DNA of 64,000 nucleotides, taken from positions 13,051 through 77,050 of the forward strand of contig JBEBGD010000014.1 of NCBI GenBank assembly GCA_040081625.1, written 5' to 3'. How positions within the stretch are numbered: position 1 is the first letter of the stretch; every line of letters starts with the position of its first letter. The position numbers were made by a program, and so were the translations under genes. Source of the DNA: Chthoniobacteraceae bacterium (GTDB lineage: Bacteria > Verrucomicrobiota > Verrucomicrobiia > Chthoniobacterales > Chthoniobacteraceae). Below are positions 19,001 through 31,000 of the stretch, one piece after another. Under the pieces are notes generated by a model, which did no database searches, was not told where the DNA came from, and saw only the letters and a program-made list of their open reading frames with translations.

Positions 19001-22000
19001 GGGTTCAGCGCAGCGAGCACTTCGGCGGCGCTGGCGTCGTAAGCGATCGGCTGCGTGAAGACCGGCGCGCCGCCGCCGAGCCGCAGGCCGAGGCGGAAGG
19101 TGCCGCCGGTCGCGTTGACCGTGAGTGACTGCGGCGGGAGCGAGACATCGCCGGCGAGCGCCGAGTCGTCGAGGTCCGCCGGGTAGATCGAGAGGCCAGC
19201 GTAGGCGCCCTGGAAGGTGAAGACGAACGCGCCCGGGGTGCGCACAACATCGAAGTTGTGCGTATGCGGCAGATCGAGGTCGGCATTGGCCGGATTGAGG
19301 ATCGGATCAAGCGCCGCGCGGATGTCCGCCGCATCCGCGTCGAAGTCGATCGGCGCGCTCCAGACTGTCGTGCCGGTGATCGTCGGCACGAGCGCGCGGG
19401 CGATCACGAAGAAGTCGTCGCGCTGCTCGTCGATGCCGTGCTGGATCGCCTTGATCGCATCAGCGTCGAGGCGGAAGCCGATGCGGAAGGTGCCCGCGGT
19501 CGCATCGATGTTTAGCACCTGCTGATTCGTGACGCCCACCCCCGGCACCGTCGTGCCGTCGCGGACGGTGCTGACGAGGACAAAGGCGGACGCATCGTCG
19601 TTCGCCACGAGCTGCGTGTCTGCGATGAGGCCGGCAAACGCATCCTGCAGCAACATCCGCTGGAGCTGGCTGAGCGCGGTGCCCGCCGGGTTCGTGGCCA
19701 GCAATGCGAGGGTCTCCGGACGCAAGGCAACGCCGGCGAAGGTGACCGGATCGTAGAGCGGCGTGAGGCGATCGATGAGCAGGTTGAACTCGCCGAGCAG
19801 CGCATCACGCAGCTGCATCTGGGTCGCCATGCCGCTGTCGAGGAGGTCGCGCGTGGACGGCGAGAAGAGCGCGCGCAACGCTGTCGAGAGCGGAGTGCCC
19901 GCGGTCGCGGAGAGGGCGCTCGCGAGCGCCGGCACATTGGTGAAGTCGTCGGGCGTGAACAGCGAAGGCAGCCAGGCGAGTTGCTGGAAGTTCACCCCCG
20001 CCAGTCCGCCGGTGAACGTGACGAGATAGGTGACATCGCCAGGCGTGCGACTCTCGCTCACCATGATGTCTGGCGAACCATAGGTGAGGCGCAGGAGGTC
20101 GCGCACCGCGGCAGCCGTGGCGCTGTAATTAATCACGATCTCCGCGTAAGCAGCGCGGCGGATGAGTCCGGTCGCGGTGGTGGTGAAGCCGTTGTCGGTG
20201 CCGAAGCCCGGCACCCGCAGCACATACGATCCGCTCTTCGCTTGCACCGTGATGCGCTGCACTTCGGAGAGCGTGAAGAGATTCAACCCGGTGATGCTCG
20301 TGCCGGTGAGCGTGCCGGTATTGCTCTGCGGCACGGCGACGTTGCGGACGCTCACGGTCCACGCGAGGTCGGTGCTGTTCGTGCCGACGAGCGAGATCTC
20401 GAAGACCTTGGTGTTCGCGTCGCTCAGGTCGGCGCGCAGGGCGACGAGCACTTCGCTGTTGAGCGTGCCGAAGAGCGCATTGAGCGCCTGCCCGACTTGC
20501 GCGGCGCTCATCGAGAAGTCGAGCGCAGCCTCGGCGTAGCCGTTGAAGCGCGCGATGCCGGGCAGGTTCGTGAGCGGCAGGCCAAAGCCGAGCGTGCGCA
20601 GCGTGTAGCGGCCATTGGCGGCCTTCACCGTCAGCTCGCGAGGATCGTTCACGCTGAGCGGCGCCGTGCCGTCGAGGTAGAGCACGCCGATGCTGGCGTT
20701 GTCGTGGACGTTCAACGTGTCGGCGCCGGCGCCGCCATCGACGACGAGCATCCCGGAGAGCTGGGCGATCACGAGATCGTTGCTCATCAGGTTGATCGTG
20801 TCCGCGCCATTGCCGGTCTGGATGACCGTGTGCCCGAGGATCGTCTTCACATTGATCGTATCCGCGCCATCCGCACTCGTGATGAACGTGAGGCCGCGAT
20901 GCGTGGACTCGATGGTGAAACTGTCCGCGCCCGAGCCGAGCTGGATGTTCACCACTTCGAGGCTGCCGTAGGTGATCCCGCCATCGAACTCGCGGCCACC
21001 GACGACGGTCGCGCCGCCCATGCCGAGGCCGGTGACGCGATCTTCGGTCAGCGTGCCGCGATCGTCGGACGGACTGTCGCCGTTGAGGATGTTCAGGATG
21101 TCCACCTGGTCGGCCTCGTTCACGCGCGTGTTGAGATTCACCGGCGCGTAGAAGTAGGAATCGCCGATCGCGACCGCCTTCAGCGTGAGCACGCCGTCGG
21201 TGCCGATGGTCGGCAGGAATGCCGCCGGCACGAGCGCCGCAAGCCCGCGCACCACGTCCGAGGCGCGGTCGCCCGGCAGCACCGTGTAGGTGTAGGTGCT
21301 CGTGCCGAGCGTGATGCTGTAGCTCGTGCGCGTGAGCGTGCCGGTGAGCGAGACCTCGGCGCGCTCCGCCACATCCGGCGCGTCGGTGGTGCTACGCGAC
21401 GGCGCGATCGTGAGCCCAAGGTCCGCGCTCACGCTGATCGTGAACGGCGCGGCGACCGCCTGCACGAGCGTGATCGTGTCGCCGGTGATGCCCGGCTGGT
21501 AGTCGTCGCCGGCGGGGTCGTTGTTGATCTGCGTGAGCAGGTCATTGGTGATGTAGGCCGCCGGGTCCGCGGGCAGCGTCATCGGGAGCGTCGAGGTGAA
21601 GCTTAGGCCCGCGAAGTCGATCGTGAAGCTGTCGCCCGGCTGGAAGTCGCCGTTGAACACCCACGCCGCCTGCGTCCACGAGAAGCCGGTCGGGTCGAGC
21701 GGCGTCCCGCGCACGGTCGGGATGATCGAGCTGTTCGCGTCGGTGGCGAAGCTGAAGCGGAACGTGGCGGCCGGCTTGCCGATGATGAGGCGGTTGCCGA
21801 AGACGCTCGCGAAGAAGTCCACGTAGAAACCGCCCGGGAGGACGGCGCGCAATTTTTCGACGAGCTCAAGGGTCGTGGAAATCTCGGGCGCGATCTCGTT
21901 CCTAAACGCGTCGCCGAGGAGCTGGCGATTCAGGCGGAAGAGCGCCTCGCCGGTCGGGTTCTGCGCGATCAGGTTCTGCGTGTCGGTAGCGAGCACCACG

Positions 22001-25000
22001 CCCTGGAAGCGCGTCTGGTCGTAGATCGTCGCGCCGGTGATGATCGCATTCAGCTCGGTCACCAGCGTGCTGAGCACCACGTCGGCCGGCGTCGCCACGC
22101 TCGTGAGCAGCGTCTGCGCGCCGACCGAGAGGCGGTTCCAGAGGTAGAGACTCACCGCGTCGGTGTGGGCCACGAGCTTCTGCTGGAGAGACGCGGCGTC
22201 CGTGATGTCGGCGGGAGCGAGCGTGACGCTGCGGACGGTGTAAGCCGTGCCGTCGAGCGTCACCGTCCACGCTTCGTTGCGGCTCACGACACCGCTCAGG
22301 CTCACCATCACGCTGCGCCAGTCGATCGAGCCGACCTGGCTCTGAGTCGGGATGCCGGTGAAGGTGACGAGGCCCGGGCGACTCGCGCTGAAGGTGGTCG
22401 CGAAGCCGTTGTTCGAGCCGATGCTGAGGATGTTTTTGTTCGTGCCGAGGCCGCTGCCGATGCTCAAGGACTTCAGATCGATCGCGCTCCCGTTCGCGCC
22501 GTTGTCGAGCAGCGTGACATTGTAGAGCGAGAGATTGATGCGCGGATCGAAGCCGAGGCGCTCGCCGTATTCGGGCAGCGTGTGGATGGCATACACATCG
22601 GTGAAGCGATCCTGCGGCCCCGCGGCGGGCAGGCTGATGATGCGTCCGTCGGGCAGCGGGAAGTTCGTCTCGCCCGGCAGGCGGAACGGATCGTTGAGGA
22701 ACGCATCCTCGGCGACGCCGATGCCGCCATTGATGATGAGCGGACCACGGATCGCATTCACGCGCGACTCCGGCGCCGCAAACACGAGCGCGTCGCTGCC
22801 ATCGGCGACGAGATCATCGACCGCTTCGACGAAGACTTCCTGCGGTGCATTCCAGACGGGCACCGTCACCCAGGTGCCGTTCGCATTGAGGTAGGTCACA
22901 TGCACCGCATTCGTCGTATCCACGTAGATCGAGCCATCCGCCGCGACGAGCGCGCCCGGCGCCGCCGCCCCGCTGAGGATCCCGGTGAAGTCCGTCCACA
23001 CATCAGGCGCAAAGATGACCTGCGGCGACACCGCCGTGCTGCCGTCGTAGTCCGGCGTGACGAAGACGTTCGCCTCGAACTTCGCCCCGCCGGCGCGCAC
23101 GATCGAGATGTCCGAGCCGACGATCGTGAACGTGTAGATGCCCGCGATGCTGCTCGCCGCGAGCGCGGCATTCAGGCCGGTGGCGATGTTCGCGAGCGTG
23201 TCGCCCGGCTGCGCGATGTAGCGCAGTTCGATCGAGTCGAGGAAGAGCTTCCACACTTCCGGCTGCGAGCCGCCCTGCGTCGGGTGGCCGGTGAGCGACA
23301 CGAGCGCGCTGTAGCTGCCACTCGCGCCAGCGCCGTTCACCGTCGCACCATTGCGGTCGCCGGTGACGGTGAAGGCGACGGTGAACTCGGCCATGTCGGT
23401 GCGGGCGACGGTGAGTTGCGTGCCGGTGAGCAGGACCGAGTAGGCGGCGAAGCGACCGCTCGCGAGCACCGAGTTCAAGCCGGCCGCGATGTCGGCGAGC
23501 GTGTCGCCCGCGTTCACGTGGTAGTTCACATCCACGCCGTCGAGCGTCAGCTTCCAGATCTCGGGCGTCGGCACACGCGTGGTGCCAGCACCCACGATGT
23601 CGATCGTCGCGCTGAAGGCCGGCGTGGCGTTGCGCGTGATGAGCGCACCGCCGCGCGTCTGCATCATCTGCGTGAAGAATGGCGCGCCGACCGAGGTGAT
23701 CGTGATCGTTCGGCCGTTGAGCGTGGCGATGTAGCCGGAGCGCGCGTCGATCTGCGCCGTCAGGCTCGCGGCGATGGTCTCGAGCGTGTCGCCGGCCTGC
23801 GCCTGGTAGCTGAAGGTCTGCGGTTTTCCGGTCGCGTGGTCGGGCGCGGTCGTCTCGGCTTCGGTGAGCTGGAGCGTCCAGACTTCGCCGGGGATCACCG
23901 CGCCGCGCAGCTCGACGAGCGCACGGATGGTCGCCACGCGGACCTGCACCGAGTCGTGGCGACCGTTGTTCTGCGTCGGATCGAAGGCGAACTGCGAGTT
24001 GTAGGTCCGCGTGAGCTGCGGCACCACATTTACATAGACGAGGTGGCCCGGCGCGCTGGTGAGCGTGACCGAGTAGCTGTCGGTCGTCGGCGCCTGCTGG
24101 TAGGCCCCCGGCAGTTCCTCGCTGATGTGGTAGGAGATCTCGAACTTGCTCGTCGCATCCGGGTCGGTGGTCCAGACGCGATCGAGCGAGTAGGTCTTCT
24201 TCTCCGCGTCGTAGGCGATGACCGTCGCCGTCTGGCCGCGACCCGTGCCCTCGGTGATCGTCAGCGTCTTACCCACGAGCCCGACGGCGTTCGGGTTCGA
24301 GTCGTGGCCCTGGATCGAGATGATGAGGTCGTAGGACTGGCCGCCGATCACGCCATCGAGCAGGCCGTCGTAGAAGACCGTGTTCTGCACCTGGCCGAAG
24401 AGATCCGTCTCGTCGTAGTCGATGAACGAGCGCACGCGCACGAAGTAGGTGTCGCCCGTGACGCTCGCGCTGTTGATGTCGAATTCGAGGAAGCCGTCGC
24501 GATCGGTTTCGCTGCCGGCGTCGATGACGCTCCGATGGCCGGGCGCGCCGTAGTAATCGGACGCGAGCACCGTGCTGCCGTCGGGCCCGATGAGCTCGAT
24601 GGCCGTGCTGGCGGTATAGCCGAAGAGGTAGAACGGATAGAAATCGAAGCCGGTGACGAGATTGCTGCGGTCGATGTCGAGGACGACCTTGAGCTTCCCG
24701 CCGCGCACGACGTCGAAGAAGAATGGATCTTGATTGCCCGCGGTCGAGACGCGGTCGGTCACGGTGATGCCGAAGCCACCCGAACCGGACGCCACGCTAT
24801 AGACCGGGTTGCGCGTGTTGCCGGCGCCATCGGTCACCGCGCCGGTGAGCAGCGGCAGGTTCGTGCGGCCCGGCCCCGTGAACGTGATGAGCCATGGATC
24901 GCCGACCGCGCCGGAGCCGGTGACATCGACGCTCAACTGCTGCATGCCCGGCAGGGCGATGGCTTCGAGCGCCGCCTTCACCTGGGCCGGCGTCGCATTG

Positions 25001-28000
25001 TAGGGGATCGCCGCCGTCGTATAGACCGCCGCGTTGAGCGAGTTATCGAGGCGGACACTCAGCGTGAGCGTGCCGTTGGTTGAGACGGTGTAAACGGCCT
25101 GCTGCTCGTTGGTGAGGACGCTGCCATTGACGCGCGTCTCGACCGATACGCCGCCGGCGATGAGCGCGCGCATCGCGCCGGCGATCAGCGTCAGCGTGCG
25201 GCTCTCGGTCGGGTTCACGCCATTGGGCACTTCGAAGTTGTAGTGCTGGTTGTCGAGATCCACGCGCCAGAGCTCGCCCGCGCGGAAGCCGCTGCCGATG
25301 GTCGCCTCGGTCAGCAGGATCGTGACGCTTGGCAGATAGTGCGGGCGTGCCGAGAGCGGATCGTTTTGCACGAAGCGGTCGAAGATGTCGGCTCGATCCG
25401 TGTAGGGCGAGGCACGCAGGTGCGTGATGGCCGGATGCGGCGTCAGCACCGCCTGGTTGCCAAACTCGATCGGAGCGCCGTTCGCGTTTTCGACGTGAAC
25501 GACACCCGTCGTCGGCGCCGGCGCCGTGTAGCCCGCATTGCGCAGACGCGTGGCGATATCCACGGCGATCTCCGTCGTGCTCGGGACCGTATCGGCCGTG
25601 CCCTGGAAGCTGGCATTCGCGATCCAGAGCGTCCACACGTCGTTCGGCGCGATCGTCGGCGAAGTCGAGATCGTCACGTCCTGGCCGTGCCGCACCGACG
25701 GCGAGCCGCTGATCGTCACCCCGCCGTGGACGAGCGCGAGCGTCACCGTCAGGCTCGGGTCGTTCACCCCAAAGGTCGTCCCGATGCGGTGCAAATAGAC
25801 GACCGCGCCGCGCGAGATCGCTGCAAAGCCCGCGGAACTGTCCGTGTCCACCTTCGCCGCGAGCCGCTGCGCCATCGTGGTGGGCGTCTCGCTGGCACCC
25901 GCGAGCACGGAGTAATCGGTGCCACCGAGCGTGATCGTCCATGTGTCGCCTTCGTTTACCGCGCCGCCAGCCGGGATGGTCAGCGTCAGCGCCACAGCAT
26001 CGACGGCGGTGCCCGGGCCGCTGGCCGGCACGAACTTCGCCGGCGTGGCGATCGACGCATCGGCCGGCAGCAGATCGAAACTGCCGGTCGCCTTGGTAAT
26101 AATGATCGCAAATCCGGTCGCGATTCCTTGCGAGGAAGCGGTGTAGCCGGTGATACCCAGGATGTCCATCCTGAGAGTGTTCACGACCTGGCTCAAGGTC
26201 TGCGCAACGATCGGCACCGCATTCTGAACGCCAGCCACATCGATCGCCCACACTTCACCGGCGCCCGGGTTGCCCGAGAGCGTCACGAGTGAAGTATCCG
26301 GCACCGACACCGCTCCGATCGTGCCCCCGACGTTCGTCGTCGTCGCGCTGACGGTGAGCGCCGGCCCGGCCACCGTGCTGCCCACATAGATCCGCCATGT
26401 CGTTCCGTTGCTCGGCGAGACCACCGCGATTGCCTTCAAGCCGACACCTCCACCGATCGCCAGCGCCAAGTTCTCAGCCACCGACTGGAGCGTCGGGGTG
26501 CCAGTCACCGCTGGCGAATACGCCGTCCCATCGATCGTCACGGTCCACGTATCTCCAGCCGCCGGCGTGCCGGTGAGATCGATCGCGACCGTGGGATTGA
26601 AGATCGTGAGAACGCCCGGCGGGTCGGTCCCGGACGTAATGGAGAGGTCGCTCGCATTGATCGTGAAGTCGGTCGCGGAATACTTGACCACCGAGACGAC
26701 CGCGCCTTCCGATGCGCCGACGTAGCCCGTGAGCCGGCTGATCTGCGCGGCGATGCTCGCAGCGATTTCGTCCGGCGTCGTCTCGGTCGTCACGTGGACC
26801 ACGAGATCCGTGCCCGCGAGCGTGAGCGTCCACGAGTCGCCCGGATGCGGGGTATTTGCGAAGGTGAGATACGCGACATCCTGCACCGCAGGCGTCGTCA
26901 CGGTGACGGAACCCGCCACGCTCGCAGTGACCGTGAAGGTGTTTGGCGTCGGCGTATTGACGTTGGTGATCGTCAGCGACGGGCCCATGAATGTCGCATC
27001 GTAATCCGTGATCGCGCCCGCCAGCGTCGCGAGCCGCTGCGCGATGGTCGCGAGCGAATCCGGCACGCCGCCGCCAGCGTCCTGCACCGTGTAGGTCGGG
27101 TCGGTCGCCGCGCCGACGCCGCTGATGTCGAGCGTCCAAACCTCACCGATCACCGGCGCGCGCAGCAGCGCCACGATGTGGCTGGTCGCGGCCGCGACCG
27201 GCGCGATCGTCGCCACCGCTCCAGAAATCGCCACGCTCGCAGTGACCGTGAAGGTGTTTGGCGTCGGCGTGTTGACGTTGGTGATCGTCAGCGACGAGCC
27301 CATGAACGTCGCATCGAAATCCGTGATCGCGCCCGCCAGCGTCGCGAGTTGCTCGGCGATGAAAGCGAGCGAATCGGGCACTCCGGCGCCTGCATCCTGC
27401 ACGGTGTAGCTCGGGTCGTTCGCCGCGTTGACGCCACTGATGTCGAGGGTCCACGTGTCGCCGATTACCGGCGCGCGCGTCAGCGTGATGGTGTGAGTGG
27501 TCTGGGCGGTCGGCGGCGGCGTGACCGTCGCCACTGAGATGGATGCGCTCACCGCAGGCTCCGCGATCGGCGCGGCCACATCGGCGATGTAGATGTTCCA
27601 GTTCGGCGAGTTGAACACCGCACGCGCCGTGTAGCCCGTTGCGCCGTCGATCGCCCTCGCGAGCCGATCCACCACGCCGGCCAGCGTCTCATTGGCGGCG
27701 ACTGTGACCGGATAGGCGGTCCCGGCCAGCGTCACGGTCCAGATCTCGCCCTCATGCGGCACCCCGCTGAATTGCACGGACACCGCGCCGTCCGCGGCAT
27801 TGTTCGTGAAATTGGTCTGCGTGATGGTGCCCGGCGGCGTCACGCTCACTGTCACCGCGCCGATGGCGCCCGCGTTGACCTTCGTCACGACGATTCGTCC
27901 ATTTTCCTCAAGCTGCGCGATGTAGTTCGCGGCGTTCGCAGCGTTCAACTGATTGTCCGCCGTGTCGTTATTGATGTCGCCGATCAGGTCGTTGATCACC

Positions 28001-31000
28001 GTGGTCAATGACTCCGTGGCCGCGACGATCGTGCGCTCGGCGACCTGCGTGCCGCCGATGAAGATGCGCCACACCTCGCCCTGATACGCTGAGTTCTTCA
28101 ACTGCAGCAGCACCGAGGTCGGCGTGGTGGCAACCGTGAAGCCGCCCGACGCGGAGAGCGTGAAGTCCGAACTGAACGGCGTCGCTCGGCTGAGCACGAG
28201 CCGATACGGATCGCTCGTCGTGCCCGTGCCGAGCACGTTCCTGGTGAAGCTCCCCGTCGTAAGATTCGTGCGCAGGCCGTTTGCGACGTTCTGCTCATTA
28301 TTCCCGCCCTGCGCGACGTAGTTTGTGGTGAAGGTGCTCGCCCCGCTGCGCAGGGTGAGCTGCCAGTTCTCGCCCGGCCGCACCGGCCCGTTGATGACGA
28401 AGACGGCCTCGGTCCAGTTGATGAAGGTGAGCGCCTGCGCCTGGTCGGGCGTGCCGGAAATCTCCGCGTAGCCGAGCGGATTGTCGCCGCTGACGGTCAC
28501 GGTGAGCGCAAACAGCGCCGCGCGCGAGAAGGTGATCGCCGCGCCGGTCACGGTGGCGGTGGCGGTGAAGCCGGCGGTCGTGAGGCTCGTCGCCCATCCG
28601 GCGACCACGTCATCGAGCGTCTCGGTCGCGCTGGTGATCGTGTGCGTGTAGTTCACGCCACCGGCACGCAATACCCAGCGATCGCCGATCTCGGTGGCAT
28701 TGGTCCCGTCGAAGTTCTTCAGCGTCACCGTGGCGGAGGTGAAATTGACCGGCACTGGCGTCACCGCATTCGTCATCGGCGTCACCGTGCGCGACACGCT
28801 GCCACCGCGCTGGATTTCCTGCGTGAGCGCATCGAAGGTGAAGCCCGCCGCATCCACGATCGTCAGCGTGCCATCCGCCGCGGAGGTCGATGCAAAGAAC
28901 CGCGCGGGCAGCTTGCCAAGAAGCGTCGCCGCGATGCTGCCGAGTGTCTCGGTATCCGAGAGCACGGTGTGGCTGTAGGTGCGGTAGCGCAGACCGGAGA
29001 GCGTCCACACATCGCCGACGTTCACCGTGCCATCGAGCTTCAGCGACACGCTCGTGTAGTAAGTGCGCGCATCCGGCGTGTCGGCGATCGGCGCGTGCGC
29101 GAGCGGGCTGAGCATCGCCTGCGTCACGGTGAACGAATACACGTCAGCCGTGCCGTCGCCCGAGCCCTGGATGCGCACGTAAGGCGTTTCAGAGTTGATC
29201 GAGCCGCCGAAGGCTTCGTTGCCGACCGTCGGGTCGAAGAAGGTGAAGAAGTTGTCGCGCGCGTTCACGTCCTGCGGCCCGGTGTGGGTCATGTCGATGA
29301 ACGTGGTGTCGTGCCCTTCGATCTCGCTGATCGGCTCCGGCGCAAAGACGAAGCCGGCCACCGGATGCTGCGCGATGCTGACCTGGAGCGTGTAGTCCAC
29401 CCCGACCGGCAGGCCGCCGAAGCCGAGCCAGTTGTCGATCTCGATGTAGTAGGTGCCCTTCTGCGTGAAGTTGAACGTGAGGAAGTCGTCGAGATACGTC
29501 GCGCTGCCGAGGCCGCTCTGCGCGAAGTCGAGCGGGTTCGAGAACCCGGAGCCCTGCGCGATCAGGCGGCCGTCCTGATCGTAGAGCTTGATCAGGCTGC
29601 CCCACACGATCGTGTCACCGAACTCGAACCCTTGATCGATGTCGAAGTTCGCGCGCACTCCGCCGGCCGAGGCCGCCAGCATCGCGTCGGTGATCGTGAA
29701 GCGGTAGAAGTCGGTCGAACCGTCGCCGGTGCCGAGCACGCTCAGGTGCGGATACCACCGCGTCGTGCCAGCGTCATCGTAGCTCGCGATGTCGGGGTTC
29801 GAGTTCGCGCTCCAGCGCGCGAGGTCGAGGTTTTGCGAAGTGTAGATCGAGTCGTGGACGCCGACTTCACGCAGGATCGAGACGCCGAAGTCGCCGGTGA
29901 ACTGCGAGACGAACTTCGCCGTCACCGCCGGCGGCAGCGTCGTGAGTTCGAGCACCACCGAGGTGCCGGCGGCATCCGGCTTCACCGAAAGCACGCCCGT
30001 GCGCACATCGCCGCGCACCGCGAAGTCGCGCGCCGCGCTCACGCCGACGAGCGCGTCGATGCCCTGCTGGAGTTGCGCGATGAGGTTCTCGTAAGGCGTC
30101 GTGCCCGTCACGTTCGCCGTCACGCTGCCAATCAGCGCGCCTGCGCCGTCCTTCACCGTGATCGTGTAGGTGCCGAGCGGCGCATTCGGTCCGGTGACGC
30201 TGAGGGCGAGGTATTTCGCGCCGGTGAAGATGCGGGTGACGAATCCTTCGCCGAGCACCACGAGATCGCTGGCTTCGGTCACGTTGGTCGAGTTGTTCCC
30301 CTGCGTGATGAGCAGGCCCGGGGCGTCGTCGTCGGCGATGCGCACGTCGAGCACGTCGAACAGGCGCATCTCGCCGTTCTTCCCGGCGACGTAACGATAC
30401 GTGACGCCGTTCATCAGCACGCTCCACGTGTCGCCATCGGCGATCGCATCACCCGGGGCGATGTTTGATAGCTCGACGGTCGCATCGACGAAATGCGTCA
30501 TGCTTGTCGCGAGCGAAGTGATCGTGCCCGCGGTGCCCGGCGCGCTCGGCGAAGGCGCGAGCGGCGCGAAGTAGTCGAGCGTCGCGCCAAAGGCCGCGCC
30601 TGCCTTGCGCGTGATGTCGAGCGTCGTGCCGCTGAGCGTGACGAGATACTGGCTCGTGCCGATTGCGGCGCGCAGGCCGATCGCCACTTCGTTCAGCGTG
30701 TCGCCCGGCAGCGCGCGATAGACGAAGGGCACCTGGTCGAGCCGCAGCACCCATGTCGCGCCGTTCGCCACCGTCCCGGCGAGATTGACAGAGATGTGCG
30801 TGAACGCCGCGGTCGGCGTGCCGACGATCGACGTGCGGCCGCCTGTGCTGAGCGTGAAGGCCGGACCGGCAAGCTGAGCCTGGTTCTGACCCGGCACGCG
30901 CGTCGCCTGCACGAGGTTGACCACGTCGCGGTTGATCGCCGCGATGAGGCCCCCGACCACGTCGTCGCTCGTGAGCCCGAAGTAGGCGCCGAGGTCGCTC

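Noticed and set aside
19615..22225. Inteins as an explanation for the helical inserts
   Set aside because: No N-terminal Cys/Ser block or C-terminal His-Asn, and the inserts look helical rather than HINT-like beta.
26914..27478. Possible DGR template/variable repeat pair
   Set aside because: Mismatches involve all bases rather than adenines only, both copies are in-frame coding modules, and there is no reverse transcriptase in the window.
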